Of a stretch of DNA of 64,000 bases, positions 10,066 through 19,754 are shown piece after piece. Source of the stretch: an uncultured Verrucomicrobiota bacterium (GTDB lineage: Bacteria; Verrucomicrobiota; Kiritimatiellia; RFP12; UBA3636); NCBI GenBank assembly GCA_949285835.1, contig CASEAR010000041.1:53618-117617 (forward strand), written 5' to 3'. Position 1 is the stretch's first letter. Each line of letters begins with the position of its first letter. Under the pieces are notes generated by a model that was not told the origin of the DNA, ran no database searches, and saw only the letters and a list, made by a program, of their open reading frames with translations. Made by a program: the position numbers and the translations under genes.

Positions 10066-10555
10066 AGCGATTAAGTTATGCTTGAGACGTAAGGTTTTCA
10101 AGACTCGAGATAGCAACAACTGGTTGCGCGGCAACGGATTTCGCGCCTGTTGTGGGCGGGGCTATTTGCCTCATTCTGCAATGGTTACTGCATGCCTGAG
10201 AATTTTCCTGACCGATCCGTTGTTATATAAAATTAAGAGTAGGGGCTTGCGGTGTTTTTCAATTTGTTCAACTGAAATGTAAATGTTGCTGTAATTCCAG
10301 GAAAGTTTCTTCATGAAGCCAGAAGGCAACGTCTCTTCCTATTGCAACGTGTTTTGTCTTCGTCCTAAAGTGAATTCGGAAACAAAGCTCCGCAAACTAA
10401 TCTCCCCCGTGTTTGAGCGTGCAGCCATTGTTGCGAAAACTCCTGATGCTATCGAGCGTTTGTTATGTAACGCAAAATAACCCAATTCCGGGACTCGGAT
10501 GTCAAAGTCACATACACGTACAGCCAGTTTGTGTATATGATTTCCGGTACCCGGT

Positions 10556-13213
10556 TCAGTCGTGTGCAAACATAGCGTAAACGCCCTGCATACCGCATGC
10601 ATACGAGTTTATGATGGAACGCGCCGTTTCAGACGCCGGATCACATGCAAAGAGTGCCTTTGCAAGATACAATTCCTTGAGCTGAGAATTTCTGTATGAA
10701 TTATCATTCCAGTCTGAATTGTTGGATGCAATTGATTGTGCATACGTACGAATAGCATATCCCTGCATACCTTTTTGGGCAAGGATCGACTCGAAGATTT
10801 CAGACATCGCATGGTCCGGATTTTTCATATAGAACAAGGCGACGGCGCGGATATGAGAAAACTCTGATTCCGGAGAAAGTTTTCTTGTCAGCGTGTCAAC
10901 ATATTCTATACCTTTGTGCAATGGGGCAAGGGCAAGTATCGCGGTATCGACACGGCTGGCGGAGAATCCAAACTGATGCATTCCCCTGTAGTTCCAGCCC
11001 TCGTCCCATTCTCCTTTCTCAAGGAGTTTCAAGAGAGCAGACACCCCCTTTTCGGATTTAAGAAATGTAAGAGTAAGTGCGGCTTCCAAGTCTTCTGGGT
11101 TTGACATAAGCCTTGATTCCATTTCTGGAATACCCTTGTCAGGAACCGAAAAGGCATATGATATTGTGTTATAGTCGTCATCTTCGTTGCGATTAAACTG
11201 TACATCGGTCTGCGTAATAACGGCTTCTTCGAGAATGCCCTCCTTTACGAGACGCCTCTGAAGTTCTTTAACGTCAATGTCCCTTATTGACTTACCTGAT
11301 TTCACAGACAAAGCTGCGGCGATTCCTGCGGCATAGCCCTGATTCTGGACATCGGGCTGCATTCTTATGAGAGGCATGCAATCGCGGTGTGCGCTTACTC
11401 CGAGTCCGGTAGCCGCAATTCCGTTGTATCCACGCGGCAAAAGAGCCCTGAGCGGCACGTCTGCATAATACCCTTCGTGTGCAGGCGGTTTGATCATGAA
11501 AATCGGATTTACAACGAATCCGTGGGTATCAAAGTTGCTTCTGGCCCGCACGATTGTGTCCGAGTATGTCCGCCCGGCAAAAAAGTCCCATGGCTGCAGG
11601 AAAATGTCGCCGATTATCTGACGGCGCTCCCGGGTGTTCAGTATTGTTGTAACATCGAAAAATTCAGTGAATTTATCGTGCGCTGATACAAATGCACGGG
11701 TCGTGTCCACAACATCTGTATCAAGTACGAATGTGAAATCAGTATTCGAGTAGTTCGAACCGAGTTCCACCGGCGAAAGACCTGCTCCCTGCACAACAGC
11801 TTCATCATGCATCTCACAGAATGTTTCAGCGCCGGCAGAGGCAGCAAAATCAGCGTTGCCTGTTGCGTCTATTACGAATGAGGATTTGATAACTCCAACG
11901 CCAAACGATCCAGCAACGACAGCTCCGCGCGCCTCATGTCCGCACATAACTGCTGCGATCGTCATTGTGTCGAAAAGCATGGAACATCCGGCTTTATCCG
12001 CTTGTTCAATGAACCATTCACTTTTCCAGGGAATATTCATATCTGGCGAATCAAGCGGAATATTGTTCTGTTCCGACATCGCACGCCACCCGGTGTCGAC
12101 CCTGCGAGTAAACCCGACAATGTTTCCCCAGCAGTATTTGCCTATCCGCCCGACAAGCATCACTCCACCTGGAGAACACTGATTTTCTGCGAGAATCACC
12201 GAGGCGCCGCTTTCTGACGCACCTATTGCAGCCGGCATGCCGCCGGTTCCGCCGCCAGCCACGAAGACATCGCAGGATCCGATTTCATCAAAACAATTCA
12301 GTTCAAAGTCAACCGTCCTGCAGTCGTTAAATCTGAACGAAACATCCTTTTTCACGATATCGATGCCTGTCCCGTAATCTACCTTTTTTTCGCCAAACCC
12401 TACAGGCTGCGTTCTGCTCGCAGATGATGTAAAGTGAGATATTTCGGAGCAGTCAGCTTTTATGAAGACAGGGATTTTTCGTGTAGGCGCCCAATTGGAC
12501 TGCAGATTGTCACCGCGTTCAATCTGTACGATGCTTGATGACGCAACACAGTCCGGTGACCACACCGCTTTGCGCAGCCCGGCGATGGCTCGGGCCTCGC
12601 AGAACGGATCCGGCGACGAAAGTTCCAGTTGTGCAGATATTTCATAAACCGCATATTTTCTGTTTTTCTCGATGACATCTGACGGGAGGCGCTTGACAGA
12701 AACGTTTCCGGACGAAGTACTAGCTCCGCCAATTGCAAACATTGTTGCTTTCTTCCGTCCAGGACAAAATTCCTCGTAAGGTACGCCTGACATCCTTGCA
12801 AAGGTGCCTCGTAGTGTTGCATCAACGATCACCTTAGCAGATACCGCGTGAAACCCAGATCTGTCTGCAAACAATGCTCCGCATATATTCCCGTCACAAT
12901 CAAACATTGGCCGAACGGGCCGTATATGAAACAAGAATTCGATTCCAGCGTCAATGATCAATTTATCTAGTTTACGTTTAATGTCGGATGGACGCAGAAC
13001 ACTCTCTGTCTTGAAGAGTGATACATATGATGAAGTTTTCGGAGACTGCAAATCAAGTGTTGCGCAGAGGTCTTCTCCAAAGTAAGAGAACTGTGTGGCA
13101 ATAAAAACTGAAAATCCATTTTTCTTCAGCTTTAATGCAGTATCTACGGCATCGGTTGTCCCGCCAATAATAAGAACATCTGTTTCAGCAATAACCGGGA
13201 CTTTAATTTTCAT
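10556..13213 (-). CDS. Large FAD-dependent oxidoreductase-family protein with two dinucleotide-binding modules
   Basis: N-terminal VLIIGGTTDAVDTALKLKKNGFSV and a second Rossmann motif, VFVAGGGTGGMPAAIGASESGASVILAE, in mid-protein. 885 aa, about twice a single FAD_oxidored unit. Confidence 0.55.
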   Translation of the reverse strand: MKIKVPVIAETDVLIIGGTTDAVDTALKLKKNGFSVFIATQFSYFGEDLCATLDLQSPKTSSYVSLFKTESVLRPSDIKRKLDKLIIDAGIEFLFHIRPVRPMFDCDGNICGALFADRSGFHAVSAKVIVDATLRGTFARMSGVPYEEFCPGRKKATMFAIGGASTSSGNVSVKRLPSDVIEKNRKYAVYEISAQLELSSPDPFCEARAIAGLRKAVWSPDCVASSSIVQIERGDNLQSNWAPTRKIPVFIKADCSEISHFTSSASRTQPVGFGEKKVDYGTGIDIVKKDVSFRFNDCRTVDFELNCFDEIGSCDVFVAGGGTGGMPAAIGASESGASVILAENQCSPGGVMLVGRIGKYCWGNIVGFTRRVDTGWRAMSEQNNIPLDSPDMNIPWKSEWFIEQADKAGCSMLFDTMTIAAVMCGHEARGAVVAGSFGVGVIKSSFVIDATGNADFAASAGAETFCEMHDEAVVQGAGLSPVELGSNYSNTDFTFVLDTDVVDTTRAFVSAHDKFTEFFDVTTILNTRERRQIIGDIFLQPWDFFAGRTYSDTIVRARSNFDTHGFVVNPIFMIKPPAHEGYYADVPLRALLPRGYNGIAATGLGVSAHRDCMPLIRMQPDVQNQGYAAGIAAALSVKSGKSIRDIDVKELQRRLVKEGILEEAVITQTDVQFNRNEDDDYNTISYAFSVPDKGIPEMESRLMSNPEDLEAALTLTFLKSEKGVSALLKLLEKGEWDEGWNYRGMHQFGFSASRVDTAILALAPLHKGIEYVDTLTRKLSPESEFSHIRAVALFYMKNPDHAMSEIFESILAQKGMQGYAIRTYAQSIASNNSDWNDNSYRNSQLKELYLAKALFACDPASETARSIINSYACGMQGVYAMFAHD

Positions 13214-13339
13214 ACGTAAATGCCTCCATCAAAGACTAGAATGCCACTCAATAACCTAGAAATTTTATATCATACCAATCAGGAGCGCCAGATAAATCGT
13301 CTATCGCCTGTTTTTGCCGTCCAGTCTGCTTAATTTTCA

Positions 13340-14095
13340 TTATCGGGCGCTTACAAATGCACGGAAAAACAAATCAAACGGCCCTGCCATTTTGCCAAAA
13401 CGTACAGTATTCCCACTAGCTAGAACAGCCATGATTTGTTCCGTCAGAGGTTTCTGCGTATCTAATTTGCCATTCCAGAATTCTGCATATTGTCCGACAC
13501 GCATAGCTTCATCAGAGCCTGGCAGGGGATCAGATCCAGCGACAATTTTGTACTTTGCGGCCGCTGCCTTTTTCATAATCGCCGGTGCGGGCAGAAAAGA
13601 CGGTCGAAGTGAAGTATCGCCAATAACAATCTGGTCTGGAGAAAACTCATCAAGGATTTTTCGAACAATTCTACTTCTCTTAAACATCCATTTACCGAGT
13701 CCCCATGCCAGAACTGGCAGGCAGTTTACGCATAAAGCCTCGCGTACTGCTTCTGATACCGGGATTCCGTTTTCAAAAATATGGGTTGTACCCAGAGCAA
13801 GTATCTCAACTCGTTCCCGACATTCAATTTGGCGTCCAGACACCACTACAACATCTGGAGCACCTTTATTTTTCAGAAGTATTGACGTCTCATCGGAAAC
13901 AACTACATCCGTTCCCGGCGGTAAATTTTTACCGAGTGTCCATGTCTCAAACATATTTGTGCCGCTCCGCTCTGTCAACATCATGACTCCGCAAGACGAT
14001 TTTGAACGTATTACGTTATCCCTGAAGGCGTTGAAGACAAGCGACGGATCATATTCCGGATATATGTGTACGTGAGTATCAATAAGTGCAGGCAT
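13340..14095 (-). CDS. Metal-dependent hydrolase (amidohydrolase/TIM-barrel-like)
   Basis: MPALIDTHVHIY carries the N-terminal metal-ligand motif. 251 aa. Its start is 3 nt downstream of the CPBP gene stop. Confidence 0.45.
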   Translation of the reverse strand: MPALIDTHVHIYPEYDPSLVFNAFRDNVIRSKSSCGVMMLTERSGTNMFETWTLGKNLPPGTDVVVSDETSILLKNKGAPDVVVVSGRQIECRERVEILALGTTHIFENGIPVSEAVREALCVNCLPVLAWGLGKWMFKRSRIVRKILDEFSPDQIVIGDTSLRPSFLPAPAIMKKAAAAKYKIVAGSDPLPGSDEAMRVGQYAEFWNGKLDTQKPLTEQIMAVLASGNTVRFGKMAGPFDLFFRAFVSAR

Positions 14096-14098
14096 CTT

Positions 14099-14785
14099 TC
14101 ATGTTTCCAAAAATCGAATCGTCCCACTGTAGAAAAACTGTCCCCATCCAATAGTGAAAATCAGGTTGCCGTACATTGCATGCTCAATGGCCGAGGCGGC
14201 AAAAGATTGTGTTTTCCTGTATGTGGACAGGAACAAAAGCCCTCCTAAGAAGGTGAATACAAGCGCATACATATTGACGAATACAATATGTGCAAACGAA
14301 AAAGCTGCGGCGCCTGCAAACAGCGAGACTTTACTTGAGAAGAGTTCTGCATAGCGATACTCGTAGAGGACTCGATAAAGTATTGTCTGCGGGATAACAG
14401 AAAGAATCGGGTAACAAAACACTACCAGAAGCCATAACTTCGGGTTTTGGGTTGGAAATGAAAACAGCAAGGTTTTGTCTAATTTAAGAAGAAGAAATAT
14501 CAGGAGCAGCGCTGCAAACATAAATCGGGGAAAGATCGTGTGCCAAAAAAAACAAATGTCAAAACCTCTGAGAAATATTTTTTTGTCAAATCCTGACGAT
14601 GTCAGCAAGTACACTAATGCGCATCCTCCAAATGTGATCAGTATAGATATAACACCGATCTTAATGCGAATACCAAACCTGCTGAATGCCGGGGGTAAAA
14701 TGGACACGCACAGGGGGAGAACCGCATACAGTAAAATAAACTCAAAGTATCTTAGGCTTCGCTTCATTCTCGAAAAATACGGCAT
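14099..14785 (-). CDS. CPBP-family intramembrane metalloprotease (CAAX protease/Abi-like)
   Basis: Multi-pass membrane protein. Motifs YEYRYAE (EExxxR-like), FSFAH (FxxxH) and HAMYGN (HxxxN) are in the expected order. Confidence 0.5.
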   Translation of the reverse strand: MPYFSRMKRSLRYFEFILLYAVLPLCVSILPPAFSRFGIRIKIGVISILITFGGCALVYLLTSSGFDKKIFLRGFDICFFWHTIFPRFMFAALLLIFLLLKLDKTLLFSFPTQNPKLWLLVVFCYPILSVIPQTILYRVLYEYRYAELFSSKVSLFAGAAAFSFAHIVFVNMYALVFTFLGGLLFLSTYRKTQSFAASAIEHAMYGNLIFTIGWGQFFYSGTIRFLET

Positions 14786-15825
14786 TATTCTTCCACAGAT
14801 TCAATGTCACCGTCAGAAGGAAGCTCGATGTCAGAAGATACAGAGACATTCTCCTGAGTTACAATGTGTTCTGAATGTACAACGGAGGAAACGTTTGTTT
14901 CTTTGTTTCCGCCAAAAGCTCTGCCGATAAATGAAAATCCGTCAGCAACCGCGCCACCGACAGCTTTTGCGCCGGATGCGACTCCTCCAACAACGGTTTC
15001 GCCGGCGTCGTAAACAAACGTCCCGGTTTTCACTGCAGCATTCCCAACAGCTTTTGCCCCGGAAGCAACGGCGCCTCCCGTGCTTTTGACTCCGTCAATC
15101 GCAAATCTTCCAACGTCCCCAACCGCATCCGAAGCGCCCTTTAACAGGTTTCCTCCGGCATCTATTATTCCGTTGCCAGCGTTTCCAACGTGTTTAACAA
15201 TTTCACCCACAATAGAGCCGGAGATAAGTGCAATTGCTTTAAAAGCGGTTATCCCTCCGCCCGTTTCTCCGATGTTGGTCAGAGTAATCTGCGGAATGGT
15301 TACGACAACACCGCGGCCGCCGAAGAATGATGCGGCAACTTTTACCTTTGAATCCGTGAGTGAGAGTAATTTGACAACAACAGTTTTTCCTTTTGTGTCA
15401 CCATCATCTGGTTCCGGCTTCGTCTCAGAATCATCAGAAAAACGCGATAGTAGGACAGACAAGTTGCTATCTTTCCCAGAAATTTCATAAGTTATCTCCG
15501 GCGCGTTGACAACAATCTTGTTTATCACTATTTTATCAGAAAGCAAGGAACGCACGGAGCAATTTACATGTGCGTCTTCGATGTAAACCATGTTATTTTT
15601 GAAATTTTCGGCGGGGGGGCCGATCTTAAGTCCGCTTATAAAAATATCACCAGAAATCAGGTTAACGGATACCTTTTCAACAGAAACATCGGCTCCCAGC
15701 ATTTTTGAGCCGTACGTTTCAGCTATCTGCTTGATATGTGAGCCAAGATGAAAAGCCGCATAGAAAAAAGCCGCGGTTAGGAGGAGTAACAAAACCGCGA
15801 CAACTGCTGCTATTTTTTTTAACAT
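14785..15825 (-). CDS. Membrane-anchored protein with an AsmA-like N-terminal domain and a Gly/Ala-rich repeat C-terminus
   Basis: ATG at 15825 (verified; MLKKIAAVVAVLLLLL is a TM or signal sequence). LGADVSVEKVSVNLISGDIFISGLKIGPP...KIVINKIVVNAPEITYE resembles the AsmA N-terminal domain. GGAVASGAKAVGNAAVKTG-type repeats follow. Its stop overlaps the CPBP start. Confidence 0.45.
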   Translation of the reverse strand: MLKKIAAVVAVLLLLLTAAFFYAAFHLGSHIKQIAETYGSKMLGADVSVEKVSVNLISGDIFISGLKIGPPAENFKNNMVYIEDAHVNCSVRSLLSDKIVINKIVVNAPEITYEISGKDSNLSVLLSRFSDDSETKPEPDDGDTKGKTVVVKLLSLTDSKVKVAASFFGGRGVVVTIPQITLTNIGETGGGITAFKAIALISGSIVGEIVKHVGNAGNGIIDAGGNLLKGASDAVGDVGRFAIDGVKSTGGAVASGAKAVGNAAVKTGTFVYDAGETVVGGVASGAKAVGGAVADGFSFIGRAFGGNKETNVSSVVHSEHIVTQENVSVSSDIELPSDGDIESVEE

Positions 15826-15969
15826 TTTTCGCTCCAGATAAATGAATTCACACCACGCAACGAAAAACAACCCAACTTCCGAGATGGTAACGCAATGCAT
15901 TGTGTTTGTCACGTACAATAGCATGCTGACAGTTGTCGGCAAAGTTGCAGAATGTAACGTCCATACCCA

Positions 15970-16165
15970 AAGGAAGGATTACAGACATGAAAAGAAACGC
16001 CCAAAAGAGGTGCATCCGCATTGCCGTCATGCGCGCGGATCATTCTTGGAAAACAGTGATGTTTCGCTTTCTGCTAAAATGGAAGTTGAAACAATATCCA
16101 CGCAGAAAGGAAACATCATGGCGGGGTATAGCAAATATTCTCATCCCCGCACACATCTTAAATTT
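15970..16165 (+). repeat. Conserved intergenic element, copy B (about 75-80% identical to the reverse complement of 32087-32290)
   Basis: Direct nucleotide comparison of the two loci. Shared blocks include CGCCCAAAAGAGG, ATGCG.GC.GATCATT, CGCTTTCTGCT.AAATGGA, CGCAGAAAGGAAACATCAT and ATATTCTCATCC...CATCTTAAATTT. Contains an 8-bp stem, CTTTCTGC/GCAGAAAG. Confidence 0.6.
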
Positions 16166-16229
16166 GGAAACCGCGAACGAACACATATTTCCTTGCCAGA
16201 GGACGAACACAAAGATATCATCTCACCAA

Positions 16230-16832
16230 ATGTTTCGCTATCCGTACAAAATTCTAAAGATATGTTCCCTTCATGCGGCAACTGCATTCTGGACAGCGTA
16301 TACGCGTCTTGTTTTGCGACTGAACGGGGTTCAGTTCGGGAAAAAACTTAAAGCCGTAGGGCGTCCGATCGTTAACGTCTCTATTGGCGGAAAGGCGTTC
16401 TTCGGACGAAATTTGTACATCCGCACAGGCGTTCGGTATACTGAAGTCGGGGCCGCCGGCAGCCGCATACTCGTCGGTCCTCAGGGCACGTTGACAATCG
16501 GTGACAATGTAGGCATGTCAAATGCCACGATCGTTGCGGACCAGTCAGTATCCATTGGCAGCCACGTTCTTATCGGAGGAGGAGTACAGATATTCGACAC
16601 CAATTTTCATTCCACTGATACATCGGTCCGCACGGGAGGGAATGAGACAAGAAAAGACGCAAGAAAAGCTCCGGTAGTCATCGAAGACAACGTTTTTATA
16701 GGAACGAACGCCATAATTTGCAAGGGCGTGACAATCGGACGCAATTCAATCGTGGCGGCAGGATCTGTCGTCGTAAAAACCATACCCCCAAATGAAATCT
16801 GGGGCGGCAATCCAGCACAAAAACTTTCGTAG
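16230..16832 (+). CDS. Hexapeptide-repeat (left-handed beta-helix) sugar O-acetyltransferase
   Basis: [40 protein letters not shown]...[31 protein letters not shown] are hexapeptide repeats. ATG at 16230 (verified) gives 200 aa. The ORF stays open upstream through the repeat element. Confidence 0.7.
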   Translation: MFRYPYKILKICSLHAATAFWTAYTRLVLRLNGVQFGKKLKAVGRPIVNVSIGGKAFFGRNLYIRTGVRYTEVGAAGSRILVGPQGTLTIGDNVGMSNATIVADQSVSIGSHVLIGGGVQIFDTNFHSTDTSVRTGGNETRKDARKAPVVIEDNVFIGTNAIICKGVTIGRNSIVAAGSVVVKTIPPNEIWGGNPAQKLS

Positions 16833-16954
16833 CCTGCGTCTCCTTGTTTTCTCCCAGAGCTTCGTCCCTGCCCACGATTGGAAGGCTACGGCTTGCGTAT
16901 ACTTGTGTTATCTCTTATAATCGGAGACCAATGTAAACGCAGACCAGAACAGTT

Positions 16955-17269
16955 ATGACAGACAGTTCCAACGAAAAAAACAACAGTGGGAAAGAAGTCG
17001 GTATAACGACTTTTTTCTGCGCCCTCAGCTTTGGTGCGGTGCTTCAATCAACGGCACTGGTCAAAGTGGTACGTTCCTTCGGACACGATGCCAAAATACT
17101 GAACTTACAGCCAAAGAGGCGCTTATTTTCCGAAAAAATTTCACTTTTACATTTGGTGAGGAATTTTCTTTATTTGCTTCATATACGATCATACAAACGG
17201 AAGGTTAACAGATTCGACGAGTTTATCCGAACAAATCAAGTACTCACGCGCCGTTATTTTTCTCCTTAA
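16955..17269 (+). pseudogene. Possible N-terminal fragment of a pyruvyl-transferase-like protein, separated from the downstream ORF by a single in-frame TAA
   Basis: GITTFFCALSFGAVLQSTAL resembles the N-terminus of polysaccharide pyruvyl transferase family proteins. Same frame as 17291-18484, with one stop at 17267-17269. Confidence 0.25.
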
Positions 17270-17290
17270 CGTCCATCCAATGGAAAATGT

Positions 17291-18484
17291 ATGAGATGGT
17301 ACACCTGCACACCTGTTGCTTATAAAGGGAACAATTCCTTTTTCAACAGAGATTCCGGCTTATTCTGCCGCGCATTTCAAGAAATCGGCATCGACAGCCG
17401 GGCCGTTATGCCATTACCCGTTCAAGAAGGAGACGAACCGGACTTAATCCGAACAGAGTACAATAATCTGAAGTCTTCCGAATGGTGGAAAGCACAGCAA
17501 ATTGATGGAGTTCTGCTTTATGCATGGACCAAGACTTGCTATACGCCAATAGCCAAGGCAATCCATGAAAGCGGTGCAAAGCTTATTCTGTATTTTGACA
17601 CTGGTTCCTGCATCTATCCATGGCAGAACTGGAGATGGGGAACATATCTGACGTTCCGCAAATGGAAATTTTCACATCCGAGGTTGTACATTATACTTGG
17701 ATGTCTGGATGTGCTGCGTGCCAATTTTCTGACACCGTTAAACTATATACGTCGAAGGCAGCACATTGAATATGGAGACTTGATTGGCATACCCTTTCCT
17801 GCGGCGATCGAAGTTTATAAAAAAATTCCGATCCTGATGAGCCACAAAAGCAAATCTCGCATTCAGCTCACCCCTGCGCCGATCGCTTCTCATTTTGTGT
17901 ACGATGCCTCTGTAGGAAAAGAAAATCGTGTCATAGCCGTCGGACGCTGGGATGACGAAGAACCCAAAAGACCACGTTACATGATGTCGGCATTGAAACA
18001 GTTCACTCAGCGAGTTTCCGATGTACAGGTTGATATTTTTGGGAAAATACCGGAATTTATGAGTCTTTGGCACAGACAATTGCCTGAAAAAATACGAGGC
18101 AGAATCACTCTGCACGGCGTTATCCCTAATCCGAAGCTGCAAGAATACTACCAGAAAGCAAAGATTTGTCTTTGCCCATCCATACACGAGAGTACGCACC
18201 TTGTCTCCGCAGAGGCAATATGCTGTGGTTGTTCCGTCGTCGTCGCCCCATGCCCTTCGCTGTCATGCATACATTGGTATACCTCTGCAAGGTCCGGAAC
18301 TATCGCAAATGCCGACACCTCGGAATGTTTCGCAAACGCTATAGAAAACGAGTACGTGTTCTGGGAGCGAGGAGAAAGGAATCCTTTCGAAATCTCCGCC
18401 TTTTGGACTCAACAACTTCACGCAGTGAACACTCTGCGCCGAATACTGCCTTATGTCTCCAATTCATGCGGATCCGGCACATAA
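17291..18484 (+). CDS. Glycosyltransferase group 1 (GT4-like)
   Basis: C-terminal ESTHLVSAEAICCGCSVVVAP resembles the GT1 E-x7-E/EAxxxGxPVV motif. Confidence 0.45.
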   Translation: MRWYTCTPVAYKGNNSFFNRDSGLFCRAFQEIGIDSRAVMPLPVQEGDEPDLIRTEYNNLKSSEWWKAQQIDGVLLYAWTKTCYTPIAKAIHESGAKLILYFDTGSCIYPWQNWRWGTYLTFRKWKFSHPRLYIILGCLDVLRANFLTPLNYIRRRQHIEYGDLIGIPFPAAIEVYKKIPILMSHKSKSRIQLTPAPIASHFVYDASVGKENRVIAVGRWDDEEPKRPRYMMSALKQFTQRVSDVQVDIFGKIPEFMSLWHRQLPEKIRGRITLHGVIPNPKLQEYYQKAKICLCPSIHESTHLVSAEAICCGCSVVVAPCPSLSCIHWYTSARSGTIANADTSECFANAIENEYVFWERGERNPFEISAFWTQQLHAVNTLRRILPYVSNSCGSGT

Positions 18485-18527
18485 GAGTTCTCACAATTCT
18501 CAAACCTCTAAATGAGAATGCCGAATA

Positions 18528-19751
18528 ATGAAAATCCTCTGGTTTACGAATACACCTTCAAATTACAGTTTAGACTCTTCAGGATACGGAGAAGGAGGAT
18601 GGATTAGCTCTCTTGAGACAGAGATGCGCAAGCACAAGGAAATTCAACTTGCAGTCGCTTTTTTCCATAGAGACACATGTTTCAAAAAGTCCTGTGAAGG
18701 CGTTGTCTATTACCCAATGCATAAAGCCAGCTCTTTGATTTCAAAGACAGATCGTTTCTTTCGAATTTCTGCACAGGACGAAAAAGAAATAAGTCTCTGC
18801 ATGAAAGTGATTGAAGACTTCAAACCTGATGTGATACATATATTCGGGACAGAATCGTGCTTCGGGCTGCTCTGCAAGAGAACAAACATCCCAACGGTTC
18901 TACATCTTCAAGGTTTGATGGCGCCTTGCATAAATGCCTGGGTTCCTCCTTTTTATTCGCTGACAGACTATTTTTTTGCAGAAGGTTTTTCTCCTTCCAG
19001 GGTAGTGCTGAGAATTCGCGGATGGGCATTTAACCGTCATGCCGCAGAACGAGAAAAAGAAATAATGCGGTCCTGCAGGAATTTTATCGGACGTACGGAC
19101 TGGGATAAGTCATATGTTTCGATTTCTGCTCCTCACGCCAGGTATTTTCACTGCGATGAAATCCTCCGCCCAGCGTTTTATGTGCCCGGCACACGAAAAA
19201 AAGCGTCGCGTCCTACATTTGTATCCACATTGTCCAGTCCGCTCTACAAAGGTCATGACATGGTATTGAAGACAGCAAAAATATTCAAGGATACATGTGT
19301 TTCTGATTTCGAATGGCACATTTACGGTATTTCATCTATTCGGTTAGCTGAAAAAAAAACAGGCATTCGCGCTACTGATGTAAACGTCGTCTGCAAAGGC
19401 ACTGCATCTGCAGAAAAGCTCAGAGAAGCACTTTTGTCATGTGACGCATATATCCACCCCTCATATATAGATAACAGCCCAAACAGCCTCTGCGAAGCAC
19501 AAATTCTGGGAGTTCCTGTTCTCGCGACCCATGTTGGCGGCGTCGGAACAATGATGGGAGAAGACGCCATTGACAGCATTGTTCCCGCCAACGATCCGTA
19601 CCAAATGTGTTTCAAAATGGTCCAGATAATACAAAACAATAAAGAGTTCGACACATCAAAATCCAAAATGACAGCTGCAGCACGCCATTCGCCTGAAAAA
19701 ATCACACAGACACTTTTTTCCATCTATGAAGCAGTTTCCCGAGAAGCCTGA
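18528..19751 (+). CDS. Glycosyltransferase group 1 (GT4-like)
   Basis: IDNSPNSLCEAQILGVPVLATHVGGVGTMM is a GT1 C-terminal nucleotide-sugar-binding motif. 407 aa. Confidence 0.6.
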   Translation: MKILWFTNTPSNYSLDSSGYGEGGWISSLETEMRKHKEIQLAVAFFHRDTCFKKSCEGVVYYPMHKASSLISKTDRFFRISAQDEKEISLCMKVIEDFKPDVIHIFGTESCFGLLCKRTNIPTVLHLQGLMAPCINAWVPPFYSLTDYFFAEGFSPSRVVLRIRGWAFNRHAAEREKEIMRSCRNFIGRTDWDKSYVSISAPHARYFHCDEILRPAFYVPGTRKKASRPTFVSTLSSPLYKGHDMVLKTAKIFKDTCVSDFEWHIYGISSIRLAEKKTGIRATDVNVVCKGTASAEKLREALLSCDAYIHPSYIDNSPNSLCEAQILGVPVLATHVGGVGTMMGEDAIDSIVPANDPYQMCFKMVQIIQNNKEFDTSKSKMTAAARHSPEKITQTLFSIYEAVSREA

Positions 19752-19754
19752 ACA

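Noticed and set aside
9974-10282. 102-aa ORF downstream of the PATR gene
   Set aside because: It spans the strong terminator hairpin at 10021-10051 and has a Cys/Arg-rich implausible translation. Likely non-coding 3' region.
13314-14075. 253-aa plus-strand ORF overlapping the amidohydrolase gene
   Set aside because: It is antisense to a gene with a clear IDTHVH metal-hydrolase motif, and its own translation has no motif.
16110-16125. Possible JUMPstart/ops-like motif (GGCGGGGTATAG) in copy B of the element
   Set aside because: It does not match the ops consensus GGCGGTAG exactly and is not conserved in copy A.
16029-16229. Conserved small protein (MRADH...FRFLLKW...RRKETS) encoded by the repeated element, or an N-terminal extension of the acetyltransferase
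   Set aside because: Comparing the two copies, the alternative frame (CRHA..SF...QKGNI...YSHPR.HLKF) is equally conserved, and substitutions are not concentrated at third codon positions. The conservation is therefore at nucleotide level. A coding reading is not supported, though it cannot be fully excluded.
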